Origin: an uncultured Candidatus Saccharibacteria bacterium | GTDB lineage: Bacteria > Patescibacteriota > Minisyncoccia > Phycocordibacterales > UBA918 | Length of the DNA: 43,609 nt | Reading direction: 5' to 3' | NCBI GenBank assembly: GCA_964352875.1 | Contig: CAYGTP010000006.1 | Coordinates: 1-43,609 of the forward strand | Shown here: positions 21,219 to 27,961 of the stretch, piece by piece | How the letters are laid out: every line of letters begins with the position of its first letter | Numbering within the stretch: position 1 is the first letter of the stretch | Position numbers and translations under genes: made by a program | Notes under the pieces: model-generated | The model's input: the letters and a program-made list of their open reading frames with translations, nothing else | What the model was told of the DNA's origin: nothing | Database searches by the model: none

Positions 21219-21822
21219 TGATAATTTGGACAAAAACAAATCAGAGGAATTACTCACTAACGTTACAACTTGTTCAGACGACTGTCGTTCCGAAGCTGTC
21301 ACTTGTTTGGAACAATCGAGTGTCGAAAAAATTATGCGTTACGAAATTAATTCATCTAATAAATTGTTGCAATGTTTTGAAATGCCTTGCACTGGCGCAT
21401 GTGAAATTGGTGCTGGCACTATCACAATTACTGAAAACAACCAAGACAAGATCATTGTTTACAAAGCAACTTGTGAATCACAACCAAACCGAAAATATGT
21501 AGAGGCTATAAATGCTGACGACACTCGCAGTGGATCATGTGCAGAATCAACTGGTATTGAAGTTAGTATCACCAATAATACCCCTGGTGTAGATCCAAAT
21601 TCTGGCAAAGCGGAAGCTGATTTAGTCTTTAGAGACGGGGAATTAACAGCTCAAGGTACAATAGATTTAGACAATGATGGTTTATTCTTATATTGTGAAA
21701 ACAACGATCAAAATTGTTATAATTTTTGTACAGAGAGCGGCGCTTCCGTATCAATTAACGGCAACTGTTGGATTCGTGATAGTGAAATTGTTGCTGACAT
21801 CAAATCTAACCTCGGTTTATAA
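20803..21822 (+). CDS. VirB2/TrbC-like T4SS pilin with Cys-rich C-terminal extension, variant A
   Basis: Signal peptide, pilin core AGVQW...AKQNIRGALIGLLIV...INPDL, then an extension with 12 Cys. Confidence 0.8.
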   Translation: MKSRLPKKVVSIVVFVVPIIILIVTPALALANEPFVPIVGIPGVSATPDFNSYVNALYLLSISLAALLAVVKIILAGVQWMFSDVVTDISLAKQNIRGALIGLLIVMSAVLVLRTINPDLTTLKALGDRDDIKFSGGSDDNLDKNKSEELLTNVTTCSDDCRSEAVTCLEQSSVEKIMRYEINSSNKLLQCFEMPCTGACEIGAGTITITENNQDKIIVYKATCESQPNRKYVEAINADDTRSGSCAESTGIEVSITNNTPGVDPNSGKAEADLVFRDGELTAQGTIDLDNDGLFLYCENNDQNCYNFCTESGASVSINGNCWIRDSEIVADIKSNLGL

Positions 21823-21855
21823 ATTTACTTTACCGATGGCGGCGGATAAGCACTT
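21766..21855 (+). repeat. 90-bp direct repeat copy 1 (pilin C-terminus + copy of yidC 3' end)
   Basis: 88/90 identical to 23072..23161; minus strand reads VLIRRHR* versus VFIRRHR* of yidC. Confidence 0.92.
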
Positions 21856-21884
21856 TACTTCTTACGAGCTTACAATATCTATAC

Positions 21885-22308
21885 ATAATACTATGAAGAG
21901 CAGATTACCAAAGAAGGTAGTTTCAATAGTAGTTTTTGTAGTGCCAATAATTATTTTGATTGTAACCCCAGCACTTGCTTTAGCTAATGAACCCTTTGTC
22001 CCTATCGTTGGCATACCTGGTGTCTCAGCCACACCAGATTTTAATAGTTATGTGAACGCACTCTATTTGCTCTCAATTAGTCTCGCGGCTCTGCTCGCAG
22101 TAGTTAAGATAATTTTAGCAGGAGTACAGTGGATGTTTAGTGACGTGGTCACTGATATATCGTTAGCCAAACAAAACATCCGTGGAGCACTCATAGGGCT
22201 CTTAATTGTTATGTCTGCTGTACTAGTTCTTCGTACTATCAACCCAGATTTAACGACCTTAAAGGCATTGGGGGATCGAGATGATATTAAGTTTAGTGGG
22301 GGGAGTGA
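21885..22308 (+). repeat. 424-bp exact direct repeat, copy 2
   Basis: Identical to 20795..21218. Confidence 0.95.
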
Positions 22309-22906
22309 GAAAATTCTGATACGTGACAACCGTTCTGTAGGAACTACTGCTACAACAGTCCCATGTGGGGAAAATGGTTGTGACGATGAGATTTCAAACT
22401 GTAATGGTAATAATAATTTTTTAGATAGTTATATAAATTTTTTAACAGAGAACCGCGGTTTAACAACTGTTTCTGCTACTACAATTAACGGTGCAAAAAA
22501 CTCTATCACTTGTACGTCAACTACTTTGCCGAATCGACAATTTTTTAATACCGATGACATAACCTCTATCAATAATTATGAATCGGTTTGCCTTCGAGGT
22601 GGTGGTGAAACAATTAATCGCGGCCAGAGAAGTTTTGATAATAAATTAGTATATGAATGCCTCCCACTAGAAAGGCCTAATATCCCAGTTAATGTTGATG
22701 GTTATATGACTTCCAGTGACATATTTCCTTCATCTGGTTCAGGTGATGGAAATAGTGACTTATACACTGTTTTTTGCTTACCTGGTGCAGAAAACTGTGA
22801 GCAGGTTTGTAGAGATCCACTTTGGGACGGAAACTTTAACACATCAACACAAATTTGCACAATATCAAATAACTTTCGAGAAGCAAGAAACAATATTGAT
22901 CCTTAG
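21893..22906 (+). CDS. VirB2/TrbC-like T4SS pilin with Cys-rich C-terminal extension, variant B
   Basis: Same first 138 aa as variant A, then a different extension with 10 Cys; ends in TAG. Confidence 0.8.
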   Translation: MKSRLPKKVVSIVVFVVPIIILIVTPALALANEPFVPIVGIPGVSATPDFNSYVNALYLLSISLAALLAVVKIILAGVQWMFSDVVTDISLAKQNIRGALIGLLIVMSAVLVLRTINPDLTTLKALGDRDDIKFSGGSEKILIRDNRSVGTTATTVPCGENGCDDEISNCNGNNNFLDSYINFLTENRGLTTVSATTINGAKNSITCTSTTLPNRQFFNTDDITSINNYESVCLRGGGETINRGQRSFDNKLVYECLPLERPNIPVNVDGYMTSSDIFPSSGSGDGNSDLYTVFCLPGAENCEQVCRDPLWDGNFNTSTQICTISNNFREARNNIDP

Positions 22907-23128
22907 TCGGGTATCGCAGAATCTGACTTACTTTTTACAAATGGTGAACTTGTACCGACCGACCGCTTGGGCATTTCTAGTGAAGATTTATTCTTATACT
23001 GTGAAATAGATAATCGAGCATGTAGTAATTTTTGTATTCAGAGCAATGGTATCCCGTTACAAAATCGGTTATGTTGGATTCGTGATAGTGAAATTGTTGC
23101 TGACATCAAATCTAAACTCGGTTTATAA
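22907..23128 (+). pseudogene. Silent in-frame pilin C-terminal cassette (73 codons) behind the TAG of variant B
   Basis: SGIAESDLLFTNGELVPTDRLGISSEDLFLYCEIDNRACSNFCIQSNGIPLQNRLCWIRDSEIVADIKSKLGL* aligns without gaps to the variant A C-terminus. Confidence 0.85.
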
Positions 23129-23161
23129 ATTTACTTTACCGATGGCGGCGGATAAACACTT
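23072..23161 (+). repeat. 90-bp direct repeat copy 2 (overlaps the true yidC 3' end)
   Basis: See 21766..21855. Confidence 0.92.
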
Positions 23162-23864
23162 CTTGCGCAATCATCATCAAGTTTGAAACGACAAAGTAGA
23201 GGGCAATGGCAGCCGAGATGGTGTAAGCCACCACACCAATAATGACCGGCATAACGTACCGCATCTGGAGGTTCATATTGCGAGCAAAGTCGTCTTTGAA
23301 ATTCGGAGCAGCGTTTGGGTCACGCGGGTCTGGCTTGGGGATAGACCACTGAGCGTGAATGAACTGCGTAAAACCAGCCAGAATCGCCAAAGGTAGGCTG
23401 CGGGCAGTGATATCCATAAAGCCCAAGAACATAGTTGAGATAGTTTCAGGTGTCGGAATAAATGAATAGAGTAGATCGACATTGACTGCTGGAAGAGCGA
23501 TCCCGCCACCACTATAAACTGAGAGGTAGAGGGCAATAATGATCGGAATTTGAATAAATAAAAGTAAAATACTGGCAAATGGATTGATGCCGCCTTCTTT
23601 GTAAATTGCCATCATGGCGCGGGCTTGCGCTTCTTTGTCATCTTTATGGTCTTCTTTTATCGCCTTGAGTTTTGGTTCGAGCTCTCGCATTACTTTTTGT
23701 GTTTTGGCCGCCTTAATTGAGAGGGGGAGTAAGATAAATTTGACCACTACTGTAATGGCAATAATCGCCAAGCCAACGTCGCCGCCAGGAATAATATCTA
23801 TAAAATAAATTAACCCATTGTAAATCGGGTCAAAGAAAAATGTGTGCCAAATATAACTAAACAT
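23136..23864 (-). CDS. yidC: Membrane protein insertase YidC/Oxa1
   Basis: GLAIIAITVVVKFILLPL, GINPFASILLLFIQIPIIIALY, ALYFVVSN; rpmH-rnpA-yidC synteny. Confidence 0.92.
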   Translation of the reverse strand: MFSYIWHTFFFDPIYNGLIYFIDIIPGGDVGLAIIAITVVVKFILLPLSIKAAKTQKVMRELEPKLKAIKEDHKDDKEAQARAMMAIYKEGGINPFASILLLFIQIPIIIALYLSVYSGGGIALPAVNVDLLYSFIPTPETISTMFLGFMDITARSLPLAILAGFTQFIHAQWSIPKPDPRDPNAAPNFKDDFARNMNLQMRYVMPVIIGVVAYTISAAIALYFVVSNLMMIAQEVFIRRHR

Positions 23865-23874
23865 AGTGGGCATT

Positions 23875-24216
23875 CTACCGTGAAGTAGTCTTTTGCGCTA
23901 CGCGCAGCAACGCCTCAGTGACAGTGGGGGCTAACAGACTCTGAGACAGGTCTGCCGCGGTTGGTTTGGCAATAATGATATACACGCCAGTGGCGCCACA
24001 ACGCTGCTGCCAGCGATACAGCGTTCCGTACACGCGGCGACGGCAGCGATTGCGGTCAACGGCTTTTTTATAGACCTTTTTACCTACCACCACCGCACCA
24101 TGGAACTGATCAGCTGGGGCAGTAATAATAGTGAAATGAGGAGTATGTATCCGCCGGCCGGCTGTAAAATATTCAGAAAACTGCTGGCGGGTGAGGCGGT
24201 GAGATTTTTTCAACAT
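23875..24216 (-). CDS. rnpA: Ribonuclease P protein component
   Basis: MLKKSHRL...F, VVGKKVYKKAVDRNRCRRR (RNR motif). Confidence 0.92.
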   Translation of the reverse strand: MLKKSHRLTRQQFSEYFTAGRRIHTPHFTIITAPADQFHGAVVVGKKVYKKAVDRNRCRRRVYGTLYRWQQRCGATGVYIIIAKPTAADLSQSLLAPTVTEALLRVAQKTTSR

Positions 24217-24247
24217 ACTAGTAAGTATAGCGCGCTCAAGCAAAACA

Positions 24248-24273
24248 AAAAAAGCGGCCTAGGCCGCTTTTTT
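24248..24273 (-). terminator. Perfect 26-bp palindrome over the rpmH stop; probable intrinsic terminator
   Basis: AAAAAAGCGGCCTAGGCCGCTTTTTT; U-tract on the minus strand. Confidence 0.65.
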
Positions 24274-24408
24274 CACTGTGAGCTGGGCGCGGCCTTTGCG
24301 GCGGCGGGCTCTCAGAACATTGGCACCATTTTTTGTAGCACTGCGCACCAAGAAACCATGGGTAGTTTGGCGCTTCTTTTTACTTGGTTGATAGGTTCGT
24401 TTTGGCAT
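24259..24408 (-). CDS. rpmH: 50S ribosomal protein L34 (absent from the ORF track)
   Basis: [49 protein letters not shown]. Confidence 0.95.
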   Translation of the reverse strand: MPKRTYQPSKKKRQTTHGFLVRSATKNGANVLRARRRKGRAQLTVKKAA

Positions 24409-24649
24409 GTTGTGTATTTATAGTGGCAGCACAATACACCAAAAACATTGCCTTGGCAACACATATCTACCCAAGCCTTCTATACTAACCCTCGCTAGGT
24501 ATATTTCTGGTTAGTTATAAGCATCTGAGCCAGGTAGACACTTAAAAATGTTTAGACTACAACTAACATTTACTTATACCCAGTTTCTCCACAACTGACG
24601 TGACTTGCCAACCATAAAGTTCCAAACGTAAAGATGTTTTGCAAAAATA

Positions 24650-24677
24650 TTTACAGTTCAGCCGAGACTAGTATAAT
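24650..24677 (+). promoter_or_regulatory. Putative sigma70 promoter of dnaA
   Basis: TTTACA-16 nt-TATAAT; DnaA-box-like TTCTCCACA upstream at 24585..24593. Confidence 0.5.
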
Positions 24678-24707
24678 GCTCGGTACCTGTTAGTTCTGAA
24701 AGTGCAC

Positions 24708-26093
24708 ATGAATCAACTCACTCACCCTTCAACTCCCAATAGTATTGTTCGCACTGAACAAGTTGACGTTAAAAAGCTGTGGGATGATGCGTTGGTAACT
24801 ATTGAGCTGTCTATCACTCCAGCAAACTTTAAAACTTGGTTCCGTGATACCCATATTGCTACCCTTGAAGACGGCACTGTCACTCTTGGAGTACCGAGTG
24901 TATTTGTTAAAGATTGGTTAAATGATAAATTCCAATCCATGATTCTTAAAGTACTCCGTGATTTGTCGCCTCACGTGCGGAGTATTGAGTACGCAGTCAT
25001 CCAACGTAATGACAAACGCAAAGACACAAGTCGGCCGCAGACTGTCAACGCAGCGTTACCGCTCGAAGAGTACTACATCAGCAAACAAGACAACCTCAAC
25101 CCTCGGTACTGTTTTGAAAACTTTGTGATTGGGCCATTTAACGCTTTGGCACACGCGGCTGCCAAAACAGTTAGTGAAAAACCAGGTATTGCGTACAACC
25201 CGTTGTTTATTTACGGCAAAACTGGACACGGTAAAACACACTTAATCCAGGCTGTAGGGAACCACCTAAAAAAAATCGGTAAAAAAGTCTTCTATGTCAC
25301 TAGTGAGCGTTTCACTGTTGATTATTTCAACTCACTCCAAAGTGGAACAGCTAACAGTTTCAAAGATAAATACCGACAATACGATGTACTTATCATGGAC
25401 GATGTACAATTTTTAGCCAATAAAGAGAAGACACAGGAAGAATTATTTCACCTCTTTAATGCACTTCACGACAGTAACAAGCAAATTGTTTTTTCTAGTG
25501 ATATTCACCCAGCATTACTTTCCGGTCTAGAGGAGCGCCTACAGTCGCGTTTTGCCCAAGGCATGATAGTTGATATTCCAGCCCCAGATTTAGAATCCCG
25601 AGCGGCCATTTTAAAGTCTAAAGCCGCTCAAAATAACATTCAACTTACTGATGAAGTGGTACAACATCTCGCTACAACAATTGAAGGAAATATCCGTGAA
25701 CTAGAAGGTGCCCTTAATACTGTTATGTGTCAGTCTCAACTAACTGGCCGCACCCTTTTACTTGACGAAGTAAAACAACTCATTAAAAATAGTACCCGTC
25801 CCCGTAAAACTTTAGCGGTATCTGATGTGGTAGATAAAGTAGCTCGATATTTTGATATTGATCCATCAAGTATCTATGAGAAAACCCGTCGCAAAGAAGT
25901 AGTGAAGCCAAGACAACTTATTATGTATATCTTGCGTGAAGATTTTTCTGTATCATATCCCGCTATTGGTCAAAAAATGGGTGGGCGTGATCACACCACC
26001 GTTATCCACTCGTGTGAAAAGATTAAAAATGACCTAAAAGGGAATAGTGAGTTGGAAGAAGAAATTACTCAAATCAGAATGCTACTTAAATAA
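24708..26093 (+). CDS. dnaA: Chromosomal replication initiator DnaA
   Basis: YNPLFIYGKTGHGKTHL, DDVQFL, QEELFHLFN, NIRELEGAL, GGRDHTTVIH. Confidence 0.97.
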   Translation: MNQLTHPSTPNSIVRTEQVDVKKLWDDALVTIELSITPANFKTWFRDTHIATLEDGTVTLGVPSVFVKDWLNDKFQSMILKVLRDLSPHVRSIEYAVIQRNDKRKDTSRPQTVNAALPLEEYYISKQDNLNPRYCFENFVIGPFNALAHAAAKTVSEKPGIAYNPLFIYGKTGHGKTHLIQAVGNHLKKIGKKVFYVTSERFTVDYFNSLQSGTANSFKDKYRQYDVLIMDDVQFLANKEKTQEELFHLFNALHDSNKQIVFSSDIHPALLSGLEERLQSRFAQGMIVDIPAPDLESRAAILKSKAAQNNIQLTDEVVQHLATTIEGNIRELEGALNTVMCQSQLTGRTLLLDEVKQLIKNSTRPRKTLAVSDVVDKVARYFDIDPSSIYEKTRRKEVVKPRQLIMYILREDFSVSYPAIGQKMGGRDHTTVIHSCEKIKNDLKGNSELEEEITQIRMLLK

Positions 26094-26131
26094 CTAAACA
26101 ACCGGTCTCATAGAGACCGGTTGTTTAGTTA
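26091..26131 (+). terminator. 19-bp perfect inverted repeat starting at the dnaA stop
   Basis: TAACTAAACAACCGGTCTC-ATA-GAGACCGGTTGTTTAGTTA. Confidence 0.65.
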
Positions 26132-26419
26132 TACAAACCCACTCACATTTGTTTGGGTATAAAACCAGTATAACTATTTGTATGAAAGGAACATTATTGG
26201 GAAAAGTTGTGAGTAACTACAGGATGAATATTGAAGATATTAGTAGTTATACACAAATACCTATCTGCGGTACACTATCAACAGTTGTATACACAATCAG
26301 GGACTATAGTATCCGAACCTTTTACCCAAACATAAACCTAAAATGGTGTTTATAATAGGCCACATTATTTAGTTTTACACACTTCCACAACCCTAATAAT
26401 AGAGAGTAGAATAGATAAA
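26132..26419. other. Probable oriC (dnaA-dnaN intergenic region)
   Basis: AT-rich; DnaA boxes TTATACACA 26247..26255 and TTTTACACA 26373..26381, near-boxes GTATACACA 26287..26295 and ACTTCCACA 26381..26389, followed by CCC-TAA-TAA-TAG trio-like repeats. Confidence 0.75.
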
Positions 26420-27517
26420 ATGGAAATTAAAATTCAACAAGCTGTCCTTCAACAAACCCTTGAGTTAGTGAGTCGGGTAAGTACCAAACATGTCACTTTG
26501 CCAGTACTCCAATGTGTGTTAATTGAAGCTAAAGGAAACTCAGTTACTTTTACAGCCACTAATCTAGAAATTGGCCTGATAGTAACTAAACCAGTTGAAG
26601 TGATCGAGTCAGGAACTATTGCAGTACCAGCACAAACCTTACTTCAGACGGTTCAATACATCTCACAAAAAGATGTCATTCTTAAAATTGAAGATACTAC
26701 TTTGGTAGTAGAGAGTGCAAAAGGCCAAACTCATATTAATACAATTCCTTTTGATGAATTTCCGTCAATTCCCACCAATGAAACTACCACCCAAATAATT
26801 AACCGCCCACTTTTTTCATTAGGGATTAAAACAGCAGCTTTTGCCGCATCACAATCTTCAATCAAACCAGAGTTAGGAAGTATTTATGTTCTGCAAAAAA
26901 AAGAGCACTCACTAACATTTGTTGCCACTGATTCATTTCGTTTGATGGAAAAAACCGTGGCGCAAAAAGGTGTAGTGTTGGAAGAGTCAATGTTGATTCC
27001 ACAAAAAAACGCCCTCGAACTAGCAAAGGTATGTGATTCATTAGAAGAAGATCCTCAGTTGTCAGTTACAGAAAACCAATGTGCACTTACATTTGTTGAT
27101 AGTGGGGTATATATCACTACTCGGTTAGTTAACGGATCATTTCCTGACTATAACCAAATTATTCCGAAAGAATTCTCTACTCACGCCACTGTATTAAAAA
27201 ACGATCTAGCTACGTTATTTAAGAAAACCAATATTTTTCTCAATAAATTTCTCCAAGTAACCTTAACTGTATCAGACAACTCACTAACATTAACAGCAAA
27301 TAATGGAGAAGTTGGAAATACCACCGAATCATTAACAGCTCAAACTGAAGGTGATGAGCTGACCCTTAACTTTAATCAACGATATTTAACCGAACCAATC
27401 TCTCATATTGTTGATGATAGTATTGTCCTCCATTTTGCTGGGATTGGCCGACCGTTGATTATTGAGGGTGTGTCAGATTCTTCATTCCGGTATCTAGTGA
27501 TGCCGATGAATAAATAA
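26420..27517 (+). CDS. dnaN: DNA polymerase III beta clamp
   Basis: ATNLEIG, VATDSFRL, RLVNGSFPDY, FNQRYL, YLVMPM. Confidence 0.97.
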   Translation: MEIKIQQAVLQQTLELVSRVSTKHVTLPVLQCVLIEAKGNSVTFTATNLEIGLIVTKPVEVIESGTIAVPAQTLLQTVQYISQKDVILKIEDTTLVVESAKGQTHINTIPFDEFPSIPTNETTTQIINRPLFSLGIKTAAFAASQSSIKPELGSIYVLQKKEHSLTFVATDSFRLMEKTVAQKGVVLEESMLIPQKNALELAKVCDSLEEDPQLSVTENQCALTFVDSGVYITTRLVNGSFPDYNQIIPKEFSTHATVLKNDLATLFKKTNIFLNKFLQVTLTVSDNSLTLTANNGEVGNTTESLTAQTEGDELTLNFNQRYLTEPISHIVDDSIVLHFAGIGRPLIIEGVSDSSFRYLVMPMNK

Positions 27518-27631
27518 AGAAAGGAGTGTAACGACTATTCTGAATTTAGTTCCCGATTTGTTCTGCCTCGGGCAAATCGCTGGAACATTTCAAAATTTAG
27601 AACCAGTCCAATTTCTGCAAAAATAAATATA

Positions 27632-27925
27632 ATGAAACCCCACCGTACAAACGAACTTAAAAAAGTCAGTGATTTATTTGAATCATATAAGAAACGATTA
27701 CGCCCACCACAATCGTCTGTAGTGAAGGTTTTTGTTGAAGTAGTTGATGAGGTACTTAATATCACTCTTAAACCCTCTCAGATTGAATATAGCGTCGTAA
27801 AACAGCTATTGTTTTTAAAGACCCCGTCATTATTAGCAAATGAAATAAAAATCAATAAAAAAGAATTACTTGCTCACTTAAAAGCCCGGTTAGGTGATGG
27901 TCATGGTCCAACCGATATTAAATAA
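27632..27925 (+). CDS. DciA/DUF721-like small protein
   Basis: 97 aa; LFLKTPSLLANEIKINKKELLAHLKARLG resembles the DUF721 pattern; directly after dnaN. Confidence 0.5.
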   Translation: MKPHRTNELKKVSDLFESYKKRLRPPQSSVVKVFVEVVDEVLNITLKPSQIEYSVVKQLLFLKTPSLLANEIKINKKELLAHLKARLGDGHGPTDIK

Positions 27926-27961
27926 CCAAAGGCCGGCGCGTAGCGCCGGCCTTTGGTTATT
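27921..27961. terminator. Bidirectional terminator, 19-bp perfect inverted repeat
   Basis: AATAACCAAAGGCCGGCGC-GTA-GCGCCGGCCTTTGGTTATT between convergent genes. Confidence 0.75.

Noticed and set aside
21674..21892. N-terminal extension of pilin B in the ORF track
   Set aside because: Overlaps gene A and the yidC relic; identity with gene A starts just before ATG 21893.
22904..22906. Genome-wide TAG recoding
   Set aside because: comM, pcrA, rpmH, ruvC and polA end at TAG at their expected C-termini.
21589..23128. Diversity-generating retroelement TR/VR pair (variant A tail versus silent cassette)
   Set aside because: Differences are not adenine-specific, include many synonymous changes, and no reverse transcriptase is in the window.
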